From the NCBI GenBank assembly GCA_964352155.1, contig CAYGRI010000001.1:1-63700 (forward strand): 63,700 nt of DNA, in the 5' to 3' direction. Shown piece after piece: positions 47,948-57,333 of the stretch. A program made the position numbers and the translations under genes. The notes beneath the pieces were generated by a model. It did not search any database, was not told the DNA's origin, and was given only the letters and a program-made list of their open reading frames with translations. Within the stretch, counting starts at the first letter, position 1. Each line of letters begins with the position of its first letter. Origin of the DNA: an uncultured Maritimibacter sp. (GTDB lineage Bacteria > Pseudomonadota > Alphaproteobacteria > Rhodobacterales > Rhodobacteraceae).

Positions 47948-49416
47948 CCGATCTTCTGACCCATGCGGAATACCGCGCCCTGGCCGAAGCGCTGGACCCG
48001 CCCCGCAGCCCGTTCATCGACGGCAAGTACCGGCGCGGACAGGGGCCGATGATGGCTACATTCAACCCGGCGACGGGGGCCGAGATTGCGCAGATCTCGA
48101 CCGCTGATGCGACGGATGTGGACCTGGCCGTTGCCAAGGCGCGTGAGGCGTTCGATCAGGGCCGCTGGTCGAAACTGGATCCAGAGGCGCGCAAGGACGT
48201 GCTGATCCGGCTGTGCAAGCTGATGACGCGGAACCGCCGCGAACTGGCGGTGATGGAAAGTGTCGACTCCGGCAAGCCGATCCGCGATTGCGAGTTGATC
48301 GACCTGCCAGAGACGATCCATTGCCTCAAATGGCATGCCGAGGCGATTGACAAGATCTATGATCAGACCGCCCCCACCGGCGACGGCGCACTTGCGATGA
48401 TCCTGCGCGAACCGGTGGGCGTGGTGGCCGCTGTTCTGCCCTGGAACTTCCCGTTGATGATGCTGGCGTGGAAAATCGGCCCGGCCCTGGCGGCGGGCTG
48501 TTCGGTGATCGTGAAACCGGCCGAGCAGACCAGCCTGACCGCGCTGCGGGTGGCCGAGCTGGCCGCCGAGGCGGGCGTGCCGCGCGGGGTGCTCCAGGTG
48601 CTGCCCGGCGACGGCCCGTCGGTGGGGGAGCCCTTGGGCCGGCACATGGATGTGGACATGGTCAGCTTTACCGGATCGACCGAAACCGGGCGGCGCTTTT
48701 TGCATTATGCGGCGGACAGCAACCTCAAGAAGGTGGTCCTGGAATGCGGCGGCAAGAACCCGGCGCTGGTGTTCGACGATGCCGAGAACCTCGATCATGT
48801 GGCGGGCCATGTCGTCAACGCCGCCTTCTGGAACGCCGGGCAGAATTGTTCGGCCACCTCGCGTCTGATCGTGCACAGCGCCGTCAAGCCCGCGCTGATG
48901 GAAAAGATCGCCGCCCGGATGCGCGATTGGAAAACCGGCGATCCGCTGGATCCGGCCAACCATATCGGTGCGCTGATCGACGCGGACCATTGCGCCAAGG
49001 TGCGCGGCTATCTCGATACCGCAGGGACGGGGCCGTTCGTCGCGCCGCAGGTGGTGGAGGTCGCGGCGGATGATGCCCGCGCGGTGGATGAGATCTTTGG
49101 CCCCGTCCTGAGTGTGATCACGGTCGCGTCCAATGACGAGGCGGTGAGCATTGCCAATGACACGTCCTATGGGCTGGCGGCCTCGGTCTTTTCCGCCGGG
49201 GGGCGAAGTGCCCTGCGTGCGGCGCGTGACATACGGGCGGGCACCGTCACCGTCAATTGCTATGGCGAGGGCAACATCGCCACGCCCTTCGGCGGCTACA
49301 AGCAATCGGGCTTTGGCGGGCGCGACAATGGCCTACACGCCCACGACCAATACACCGAGATAAAGACCATCTGGATCGATCTCACCGATCCCGCAGACGG
49401 AGACAATGTGGCATGA
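47944..49416 (+). CDS. Aldehyde dehydrogenase (PuuC-like)
   Basis: PWNFPL, KPAEQT, FTGST, LECGGKNP, GQNCSA, EIFGP, PFGGYKQSG. Confidence 0.93.
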   Translation: MTDLLTHAEYRALAEALDPPRSPFIDGKYRRGQGPMMATFNPATGAEIAQISTADATDVDLAVAKAREAFDQGRWSKLDPEARKDVLIRLCKLMTRNRRELAVMESVDSGKPIRDCELIDLPETIHCLKWHAEAIDKIYDQTAPTGDGALAMILREPVGVVAAVLPWNFPLMMLAWKIGPALAAGCSVIVKPAEQTSLTALRVAELAAEAGVPRGVLQVLPGDGPSVGEPLGRHMDVDMVSFTGSTETGRRFLHYAADSNLKKVVLECGGKNPALVFDDAENLDHVAGHVVNAAFWNAGQNCSATSRLIVHSAVKPALMEKIAARMRDWKTGDPLDPANHIGALIDADHCAKVRGYLDTAGTGPFVAPQVVEVAADDARAVDEIFGPVLSVITVASNDEAVSIANDTSYGLAASVFSAGGRSALRAARDIRAGTVTVNCYGEGNIATPFGGYKQSGFGGRDNGLHAHDQYTEIKTIWIDLTDPADGDNVA

Positions 49417-50963
49417 GCGTGGATGCAGTCGGGACGGTCCGCCGGGGACGCGGTGCGCGCAAGGCGATCCGCCAGACCCGCGACATCAAGATGCTGCCCG
49501 CGCTCAAACGGCGCCTGCCCCTGACCGAGCCGATGACGCCCGAGCAGATCGAGCGGATCGACGCGGCCTCGATGAACGTCCTGGAAAACGTGGGCGTGAT
49601 GTTCCGCGATCCCATCGCGCTGGAGGATTGGACGCGTGCCGGTGCCAAGGTGGTCGGAGAGATGGTGTATCCCGACCGCGATCTGGTGCGCGCCCTGATC
49701 GCGTCGATCCCTGAAAGCTTCACCTACCACGCACGCGACCCGCAGAAATCGCTGCCCTTCGGCCAGGATCACAGCATCTTCGTGCCGATGACCGGGGCGC
49801 CCTATCTGCGTGACCTTGACGATGTGCGCCGCAACCCGACGCTCGCGGATCTGGCGAATTTCCACAAGCTCAGCCACATGCTGCCCGCGATCCATTCCAG
49901 CGCGCATCACATCGTGGAACCCTACGACCACCCGATCAGCCAGCGCCATCTGCACATCACCTATTCCTCGATGAAGCATTCCGACAAGACCTTCATGGGC
50001 ATGACCACAAGCCCCAAGAACGCCGAAGACGTGATGGAGATGTGCGCGATCCTGTTCGGCGAAGACTTCATCGACAGCCATCCAGTGGTGACGGGCAATT
50101 GCAACGGCAACTCTCCGCTGGTGTGGGACGAGACGATGCTGGGCGCGATGCGGGCCTTCTGCCGCCGCAACCAGCCGGTGCTGTGCTCTCCCTTCGTGCT
50201 GGGCGGGGCGAATACGCCTGCCAGCGTCCCGGCAACTGTGGCGCAGCTGAATGCCGAAGCGCTCAGCGCGCTGGCCTATACCCAGATCGTGCGCAAGGGC
50301 TGTCCGGCGATCTATGGGCATTACCTCAGCACCGTCAGCATGAAATCCGGCGCGCCGATGGCGGGCACGCCGGAAATCAGCCTGATGAACTTCATGATCG
50401 GCCAGATGGCGCGGTTCTATGGCGTGCCGTGGCGGACCTCGAACACTTTGGGCGGGGCCAAGACCTTCGACGCGCAGGCCGGGTACGAATCCGCCATGAC
50501 GATGAACGCCGTGCTGATGGCGGGGGCCAATTACATCTGGCATTCGGCAGGCTGGAACGAGGCGGGGATGCATTGTTCAACCGCCAAGTTCATCGTCGAT
50601 GCCGAGATGTGCGCGATGGGCTACCGCATGGCCGAAGGCATCCGCTGGGACGATTTCGCCGAGGCGATGGAGGCGGTGCCCGATGTAGGCCCCGGGGGGC
50701 ATTACCTGGGCCATCCCCACACGCTGGAGCACTTCCAGAAAGCGTTCTTCATGCCCGAGATGTTCGACAACAATTCGATCGAGCAATGGCAGGCCGAAGG
50801 CAGCGTTGAGATCACGGAACGCGCCCTGCGCAAGGCCCGCGCGATGCTGGAGGAATATGAAGAACCCCGACTGGATCCGGGCGTCGATGAGGCCTTGCGC
50901 GACTATATCGCCCGGCGCGAACGCGAGATTCCGGCGGCCGACTCGTTGAACCAGGATCATTGA
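49413..50963 (+). CDS. Trimethylamine methyltransferase (MttB) superfamily protein, non-pyrrolysine
   Basis: NSPLVWD, SMKSGAP..GTPE, GQMARFYGVPWR, AKTFDAQAGYES, VGPGGHYLG; no in-frame amber. Confidence 0.9.
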   Translation: MSVDAVGTVRRGRGARKAIRQTRDIKMLPALKRRLPLTEPMTPEQIERIDAASMNVLENVGVMFRDPIALEDWTRAGAKVVGEMVYPDRDLVRALIASIPESFTYHARDPQKSLPFGQDHSIFVPMTGAPYLRDLDDVRRNPTLADLANFHKLSHMLPAIHSSAHHIVEPYDHPISQRHLHITYSSMKHSDKTFMGMTTSPKNAEDVMEMCAILFGEDFIDSHPVVTGNCNGNSPLVWDETMLGAMRAFCRRNQPVLCSPFVLGGANTPASVPATVAQLNAEALSALAYTQIVRKGCPAIYGHYLSTVSMKSGAPMAGTPEISLMNFMIGQMARFYGVPWRTSNTLGGAKTFDAQAGYESAMTMNAVLMAGANYIWHSAGWNEAGMHCSTAKFIVDAEMCAMGYRMAEGIRWDDFAEAMEAVPDVGPGGHYLGHPHTLEHFQKAFFMPEMFDNNSIEQWQAEGSVEITERALRKARAMLEEYEEPRLDPGVDEALRDYIARREREIPAADSLNQDH

Positions 50964-50964
50964 C

Positions 50965-52296
50965 ATGCAGATCCGCCGCCTGCCGCGCGACCCCGGTCCC
51001 GCTGGCTGGAACCGCCTGCTGCCTGAACCTGACGCGCCCACCCCGCTGGAGGGGCGGGTCACCGCCGATTGGCTGGTGATCGGCGCGGGCTATGCCGGGC
51101 TGGCCGCCGCGCATCGCCTGTCGAAACTGGCCCCCGGCGACCGGATCGTCGTTCTGGACGCGGTGCGGATAGGCGACGGCCCGGCGGGGCGCAACTCTGG
51201 CTTCATGATCGATTTGCCGCATGACCTGACCTCTGACGATTACGGTGGCGCGCTGAACAGCGATCTGGCGCAGACACAGGACAACCGCCGCGGCATCGCC
51301 CATGCCCGCGACATGGCCGCGGAATTCGGCCTGCCGCCCGAGGCCTTTGTGATGTCGGGCAAGATCAACGGCGCCGCCACCGCTAAGGGCAGCGCCCATA
51401 ATCAAAGCTTTGCCCGCCATCTGACGGCGATGCAGGAACCGCATGAGATCTTCGATGCGGCCCAGATGCGCGAGATCACGGGTACGCCCTATTACCAAAG
51501 CGGGCTGTTTACGCCGGGCAGCGCGATGATCCAGCCCGCGAAGTTCGTGCGCGGGGTGGCGGCGGGCCTGCGGTCGAACCGGGTTTCGATTCATGAGAAC
51601 AGTCCTGTCACAAGGCTCGACCGGCAGGGCGACTGGGTGGCGAAGACTCCCTTGGGGCAGGTGACGGCGCCGAACGTGATCCTTGCGGTGAACGGCCATC
51701 TGAACAGCTTTGGCTATCTGCCCGGGCAGCTGATGCATGTTTTTACCTATGCCTCGATGACCCGCGCGCTTGCCCCGGACGAGGTCGCGCGGCTTGGCGG
51801 ACGTGCGATCTGGGGGCTGACACCCGCCGATCCGATGGGCACGACCGTGCGACGGATTTCCGGCACCGGCGGTGACCGGATCATCATCCGCAACCGCTTT
51901 ACCTTCGATCCCACGCTGGAGGTCACCGACCGTCGCATCGCCACCGTCGCGCGCGATCACGACAGGGCCTTTGCTGCGCGGTTCCCGATGCTGGACGGGG
52001 CCGCCATGGAATACCGTTGGGGCGGCCGTTTGTGCCTCAGCCGCAATGGCGTGCAGGTAATCGGCCAGCTGGACGAGGGCCTGTTTTCCGCCTGCTGCCA
52101 GAACGGGCTGGGCACGGCCAAAGGCACCTTGGCCGGAGGGTTGGCGGCCGAACTGGCGCTGGGGCAGACGTCAGACGCGCTGTCCCGGGCGCTGTCGGCG
52201 GAGGCTCCTGTTCGCCTGCCGCCCGAGCCTATCGCGCGGCTGGGGGCGCGCCTGATCCTCAAATGGCAGGAACGGCGCGCGGGCCGCGAGTTCTAG
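50965..52296 (+). CDS. FAD-dependent amine/amino-acid oxidoreductase (DAO/PuuB-like)
   Basis: VIGAGYAG, GRNSGF, YRWGG, QNGLGTAKGT. Confidence 0.88.
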   Translation: MQIRRLPRDPGPAGWNRLLPEPDAPTPLEGRVTADWLVIGAGYAGLAAAHRLSKLAPGDRIVVLDAVRIGDGPAGRNSGFMIDLPHDLTSDDYGGALNSDLAQTQDNRRGIAHARDMAAEFGLPPEAFVMSGKINGAATAKGSAHNQSFARHLTAMQEPHEIFDAAQMREITGTPYYQSGLFTPGSAMIQPAKFVRGVAAGLRSNRVSIHENSPVTRLDRQGDWVAKTPLGQVTAPNVILAVNGHLNSFGYLPGQLMHVFTYASMTRALAPDEVARLGGRAIWGLTPADPMGTTVRRISGTGGDRIIIRNRFTFDPTLEVTDRRIATVARDHDRAFAARFPMLDGAAMEYRWGGRLCLSRNGVQVIGQLDEGLFSACCQNGLGTAKGTLAGGLAAELALGQTSDALSRALSAEAPVRLPPEPIARLGARLILKWQERRAGREF

Positions 52297-52497
52297 GCCG
52301 CAAAGGCGCAAGGGCGATGCGCACCGGCCCGTGCCAGAACGCATCGGTCCGGGGAAAATCGCCGCTCCGTCTGGTGTGCCGAGAAACCGCTTGAAACCGA
52401 ACGAACGATGTCCAACACTCATTCCAATGAAAGCAGAGTTTTTGCTTGAAATATCGTAAGTGTTCACTGTCGCAAGTATGGTAAAGGGTGAGACCTG

Positions 52498-52674
52498 ATG
52501 GAGCCTTCGTCAAACGCAAGCGACACCGATCCGCACGACGAGGCAGACACCTCGGATCAGGCAGCGGAGACGGCGAGCCCCGATGCCGCACGCCGCCTGT
52601 CGCGGATCGAGCGGATCCGGCAAAAGGTCAAAAAGCTTCAGGGAAAGGACCCTGACATCTATCCGATGTGGTAG
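52498..52674 (+). CDS. 58-aa peptide (absent from ORF track): acidic N-terminus, basic helix, DPDIYPMW tail
   Basis: MEPSSNASDTDPHDEADTSDQAAETASPDAARRLSRIERIRQKVKKLQGKDPDIYPMW*; follows an AT-rich promoter-like stretch; first ORF of the cassette. Confidence 0.65.
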   Translation: MEPSSNASDTDPHDEADTSDQAAETASPDAARRLSRIERIRQKVKKLQGKDPDIYPMW

Positions 52675-52708
52675 GGTCAGGCACCCGGCCTTTGCAACGG
52701 AGGATGTC

Positions 52709-52882
52709 ATGCATTATCTCGCCACGCTGTTCTGGTTCATCGTGTTCGTCGCACTCTGGACGCCGCTGTCCGTTGTGTTCCGGGCCAGCGGTGCCGGGCG
52801 GTTCGCGCGGTCCGCGCGGGACGAGAGCCTGTGGACGCCGCGCAAAACCCGCTCCTTCCGCGAAATGCGGCGCCAAGGCTGA
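52709..52882 (+). CDS. SxtJ-like small membrane protein (57 aa)
   Basis: GGAGG RBS; FIVFVALWTPLSVVFR..G....ESLWTPR...EMRRQ resembles the SxtJ C-terminal pattern. Confidence 0.65.
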   Translation: MHYLATLFWFIVFVALWTPLSVVFRASGAGRFARSARDESLWTPRKTRSFREMRRQG

Positions 52883-52954
52883 CGGGACCCTGATTGCGGG
52901 AGTCAGACACGCTTTGCGGCACGTGCCGGTCCGGGCAAACCGGGGGCGAGCGCG

Positions 52955-54790
52955 GTGAAGATACTGGGCCTTTCCGCCTTCTATCACGACAGCGCCGCCG
53001 TCTTGCTGGACGACGGGCGCATCGTTGCCGCCGCGCAGGAAGAACGGTTCACCCGGCGCAAGTTCGATGCCGCCTTCCCGGAACATGCGATCACGTCCTG
53101 CCTGCAATCCGTGGGCTGCACCCTGCGCGACATCGACTTCATTGCCTTTCACGAGAAACCGCTCCGCAAGTTCGACCGGCTGTTGCAGACCTATGCCGCC
53201 CATGCCCCGCGCGGTTTCTGGTCGTTTCGTCGGGCGATGCCGGCGTGGCTGGGCGGAAAACTGTATCAGAAACGACAGCTCCGTCGCGCGCTGCGGGCGA
53301 TGGATCCCGGCGCTGACCTGACCGGCCGGCTGCTGTTTGCCGAACATCACCAAAGCCATGCGGCGTCGGCCTTCTATCCGTCCCCGTTCGACCAAGCCCT
53401 GGTGCTGACGATGGATGGCGTCGGGGAATGGGCTACAACGTCTGTCTGCCTGGGCAACGGCGCGGATCTGGTGCCCGAGCTGGAGATGTCGTTTCCCCAT
53501 TCGCTGGGGTTGCTATACACGGCAGTGACCCAGTACCTCGGCTTCAAGGTGCTGTCGGGCGAATACAAGGTCATGGGCCTTGCGCCCTATGGCACGCCGC
53601 GCTTTCGCGATCTCTTTCTGGACAGGCTGGTTGATCTGAAGGACGACGGCTCTTTTGCGCTGGACCAGCGGTATTTCGACTATTGCGTCGGGTCCTCGAT
53701 GATCTCGGACGCTTTCGCCGATTTGTTCGGTCAGCCAAGGCGGATGTCCGAGGATGCGCCGCTGGAGCCTTTCCATATGGATGTCGCCGCCTCGCTTCAG
53801 GCGGTGACCGAAGAGATTGTCTTGCGGATGGTGCGCCACCTGACGGCCCGGTTTAATCAGCAGTGCCTGTGCCTGGCGGGTGGGGTCGCGCTCAATTGTG
53901 TCGCGAACGGTCGGATCCTGCGCGAAACCGGCATCAAGGATCTGTGGGTCCAGCCCGCCGCCGGGGATGCGGGCTGTGCGCTGGGCGCGGCGCTGGCGGT
54001 CTGGCATCAGCATCTGGGCCAGCCCCGCCCCGCGCCGCAGGTCCCTGACGCGATGCAAGGCGCCTATCTTGGCCCCGACTTCGCCCAGACCGAGATTGAG
54101 GCGCGGCTGCACGGCGCCGGTGCCGTGAGCGAGACATTGGACGAAGACGCCATGATCGCGCGGACGGTGCAGGCCTTGATCGACGGGAAGGCCGTTGGAT
54201 GGTTTCAGGGGCGGATGGAATTCGGGCCCCGGGCGCTTGGGGCGCGGTCGATCCTGGCGGATCCCCGGTCCACTACCATGCAGAAAACGTTGAACCTGAA
54301 GGTCAAGAACCGCGAGAGCTTTCGCCCCTTTGCCCCGGCGGTCCGGGAAGAGGATGTGTCGGACTGGTTCGAACACGCGGGGCCAAGCCCCTATATGCTG
54401 GTCACCGCCTCCGTTCAGGACCGGCATCGGCGCAGCGACAACGACAGCGACAGCGGCGACATGATGGCCCGGCTGAACCGCCTCCGCTCCAGCATTCCGG
54501 CGGTGACGCATGTGGATTACTCCGCGCGGTTACAGACGGTCAGTGCGGGTACGAACCCTCGGTTCCATCGCCTTTTGACCGCGTTCAAGGCGGCCACGGG
54601 CTGCCCGGTGCTGGTTAACACCAGCTTCAACGTGCGCGGAGAGCCGATTGTCTGCACGCCAGAAGATGCCTTTCGCTGCTTCATGGGGACCCAGATCGAC
54701 GTTCTGGTGGTGGGCACAAGCCTGATGGTCAAGGCCGGGCAAGATCCGGGTCTGCGCGCGCGCCTCGCGCAGACCTTTGATCCGGATTAG
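52955..54790 (+). CDS. O-carbamoyltransferase, NodU/CmcH/TobZ family (SxtI-like)
   Basis: LGLSAFYHDSAA, QEERFTR, EHHQSHAASAF, DGVGEW, GEYKVMGLAPYG, GGVALNC, EFGPRALG, RESFRPFAP, NTSFNVRGEP. Confidence 0.95.
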   Translation: MKILGLSAFYHDSAAVLLDDGRIVAAAQEERFTRRKFDAAFPEHAITSCLQSVGCTLRDIDFIAFHEKPLRKFDRLLQTYAAHAPRGFWSFRRAMPAWLGGKLYQKRQLRRALRAMDPGADLTGRLLFAEHHQSHAASAFYPSPFDQALVLTMDGVGEWATTSVCLGNGADLVPELEMSFPHSLGLLYTAVTQYLGFKVLSGEYKVMGLAPYGTPRFRDLFLDRLVDLKDDGSFALDQRYFDYCVGSSMISDAFADLFGQPRRMSEDAPLEPFHMDVAASLQAVTEEIVLRMVRHLTARFNQQCLCLAGGVALNCVANGRILRETGIKDLWVQPAAGDAGCALGAALAVWHQHLGQPRPAPQVPDAMQGAYLGPDFAQTEIEARLHGAGAVSETLDEDAMIARTVQALIDGKAVGWFQGRMEFGPRALGARSILADPRSTTMQKTLNLKVKNRESFRPFAPAVREEDVSDWFEHAGPSPYMLVTASVQDRHRRSDNDSDSGDMMARLNRLRSSIPAVTHVDYSARLQTVSAGTNPRFHRLLTAFKAATGCPVLVNTSFNVRGEPIVCTPEDAFRCFMGTQIDVLVVGTSLMVKAGQDPGLRARLAQTFDPD

Positions 54791-54802
54791 GCTGGGGGGC
54801 AG

Positions 54803-55849
54803 ATGGCCACGCGCAACCTGACAGGGATCAAACGATTGGGGCGCCGCGTCCTGCGGGCCTCGGGCCTGCGGTGGACGCCCGGTTGGGTGCGGGCCGACGG
54901 CCCCCCCCGCGGCTTGCCGCTTCAGCCGGCAACCGCGCCTGCGCCGGACACGCCCACGCGCTTGCTGCCCTGCGATTCCCAGACCCATGCGCACCAGCCC
55001 GGCAATCTACTGATGCGCTATTCCGGGGATCAAAGTGGCGAGGTCGCCTATCAGTTCAACTCAGCCGGGTACCGCAGCGAAGAGCTTGATCTGACGGCAG
55101 AGCACCGGATCCTCCTGGTCGGCGAAAGCCACGCCTTCGGGATGGGCGTTTCGTTCGAGGATGGCTTTGGCCAGCGCCTGAAGACCCATATGGCCGAGGC
55201 GCTGGGCCTGCCGGACGTCCAGGTCAACCTTGTCAATCTGTCGGTCTGTGCCGCCTCCGCCGACTACTGCACCCGCACCTTAATCCGTCAGGTCGATATT
55301 GTCCGGCCAAACCTCGTTCTGTGCTGCTTGCCCGTCTTTGACCGGATCGAGAACTACACCAAGCGCGGGCCAAGGGATTACAGCGTCAGCGGCATCGACC
55401 CCGCCAAACTGGACAGCGCGCCGATCCCGGTTCAGGGGTTTATCGACCTGTACAACCCGCTGCTGGGGCGGATGAACCAGCTGCGCAACGTTCTGTTGCT
55501 GCAAAGCCTGTGCGCGCGCAAGGGGATCGAACATCTCGTCCTGTCCGAAGACCTTCGCCCCGGCGCAATGAAAGCGGAAGTCCTGCAACCGGTGTTTGGT
55601 CAGGTGGATCAAGAGCGGGTGGCGCTGCATCGCTTTTTCCGCACCAAGATAGATCTGGCGAAGGATGACGGCCACTCCGGCCCGCGCACCCATGCCGCGC
55701 TGGCGATTTTTCTGCTGGACCGGATCGCCAGGCTGCCTAGGATACAGATCGCGTCCGACCGAGGCGCGCGTCTGCTTGAAATGGCAAAGCAGCTGAAGGC
55801 CGAGAGCCCGGACTGGGCCTTTGCCATGGACGCGGTAAAGAGATTTTGA
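54803..55849 (+). CDS. SGNH/GDSL hydrolase-like protein
   Basis: FNSAGYRS, LVGESHAFG (block I variant), VNLSV, DDGHSGPRTH (DxxH-type block V). Confidence 0.6.
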   Translation: MATRNLTGIKRLGRRVLRASGLRWTPGWVRADGPPRGLPLQPATAPAPDTPTRLLPCDSQTHAHQPGNLLMRYSGDQSGEVAYQFNSAGYRSEELDLTAEHRILLVGESHAFGMGVSFEDGFGQRLKTHMAEALGLPDVQVNLVNLSVCAASADYCTRTLIRQVDIVRPNLVLCCLPVFDRIENYTKRGPRDYSVSGIDPAKLDSAPIPVQGFIDLYNPLLGRMNQLRNVLLLQSLCARKGIEHLVLSEDLRPGAMKAEVLQPVFGQVDQERVALHRFFRTKIDLAKDDGHSGPRTHAALAIFLLDRIARLPRIQIASDRGARLLEMAKQLKAESPDWAFAMDAVKRF

Positions 55850-55898
55850 CGCGCGGTCTGTCCGGCGCCGGGGGCGCGCCCAGGAAAGAGGCACAGCG

Positions 55899-57233
55899 AT
55901 GAACCAGCCCGTTCCGCCCAAAACGACCGCATCCTCTGCCAAGGCGGATACCGCTTTCGACTGGGAAGCCTGCTGGTATCCCGTCTCGTTCCTCGAAGAC
56001 CTGCCGCGCGACCGTCCGACGCGCGTGTCGCTGTATGATACGGGGCTTGTGCTGTTCTTTGATGGGGCGGGACAGTTGCATTGCCTGCGCGATCTGTGCC
56101 CGCACCGTGCCGCACGGCTGTCGGATGGCCAGATCGTCGATGGGCGGCTGGAATGCCTGTACCACGGCTGGCAATTCGATGGGGCGGGCGATTGCCAGTT
56201 CATCCCGCAGATGCTGCCTGACAAGGACTACCCGATCCGCTCTTGCGTGCGGGCCTATCCCGTCCACCTGCGCGACGGCATTGTCTGGGTCTGGGCGGGC
56301 GATTCCGGCGCGGCGGATCCGGGGTGGATCCCGCACAGCAAGGCCGCCGGGGTCCAGGATCTTTGCGCGGTGACATTCCAGATGGATCTGCCCTATGACC
56401 AAAGCTACCTGATCGAGAATGTGATCGACATTGCCCATATTCACATCGCCCACGACGGGGTGCGCGGCGGCGGCATCCGGGCGGCGGCCAAACCGCTGCA
56501 ATTCGAGATCGAGCATAGTGGGATCGACGGGATCCGCGCCACCTTTCGGACGATCGGACTGAAACGCGCCGAGGGCAGCCCGCAGGTTGCCGGGGCGCAG
56601 GTGGAATACGTGGCGCCGAACCTGGTCCGCTATGCCTCTACCTATGCCGATGGTGGGCTGGTCGCGGGGCTCGAGCTGTTCGCGCTGCCGGTGGGCAAGG
56701 GGCGCAGCCGCCTCTTGTACCGCAAGTACAGCAATTTCACGGGATGGCGCGAGCGGATCAAACCCCGCTGGATGGAGCATCAGGTTCAATGCCTGATCCT
56801 TGAACAGGATATGAACGTCGTGGTCGGTCAGCATCAGGAGATCGAGGGGGCGCAACAGCCGCTCAGTACGCTATGGCTGCCGATCAAGACCTCGGACCGG
56901 CTGGTTGTGGAATACCGCAAATGGCTGGATCGTTTCGGCGCGGCGCTGCCGTTCTACCGGGGGTTCGCAACGGCCCGAAACAGCCAGATCGATCCCGGCG
57001 CCCCGCAGGCCCGCCACGACCGCAGCAGCCTGCACACGGCGATCTGCGGTACCTGCCAGCGGGTGGCGCGGCGTCTGGATCTGGGAGCGAGGGCAGCGGC
57101 GGGGCTGGCGGCGGTGGCGGCCGGGCTGGCCATCGCGTCGGGGGATCCCGGCGCTCGCCTTTGGCTTTTCGGGGTGGCGCTGCTGGCGGGGCTGGGTCAT
57201 CTGGCGCTGCGCCGGGCCCGCCGACGGTTCTAG
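55899..57233 (+). CDS. Rieske mononuclear-iron oxygenase, PAO/Tic55 family
   Basis: CPHR..CLYHGW Rieske motif; ENVIDIAHIHIAH iron site; SDRLVVEYRKWL; HTAICGTC CxxC; two C-terminal TM helices. Confidence 0.88.
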   Translation: MNQPVPPKTTASSAKADTAFDWEACWYPVSFLEDLPRDRPTRVSLYDTGLVLFFDGAGQLHCLRDLCPHRAARLSDGQIVDGRLECLYHGWQFDGAGDCQFIPQMLPDKDYPIRSCVRAYPVHLRDGIVWVWAGDSGAADPGWIPHSKAAGVQDLCAVTFQMDLPYDQSYLIENVIDIAHIHIAHDGVRGGGIRAAAKPLQFEIEHSGIDGIRATFRTIGLKRAEGSPQVAGAQVEYVAPNLVRYASTYADGGLVAGLELFALPVGKGRSRLLYRKYSNFTGWRERIKPRWMEHQVQCLILEQDMNVVVGQHQEIEGAQQPLSTLWLPIKTSDRLVVEYRKWLDRFGAALPFYRGFATARNSQIDPGAPQARHDRSSLHTAICGTCQRVARRLDLGARAAAGLAAVAAGLAIASGDPGARLWLFGVALLAGLGHLALRRARRRF

Positions 57234-57333
57234 AACATGGTGCCCGCAACCGGCCTCCGCCAGCGCCTTGGCCGCGCGAATGCCGGGGCAAAGCCTCTGA
57301 AACTGACTGCGCCTCTCGGGCGAGGAGATTGAT

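Noticed and set aside
49413-50963. Pyrrolysine recoding in MttB
   Set aside because: The frame is uninterrupted with no amber codon, and no pyl genes are in the window
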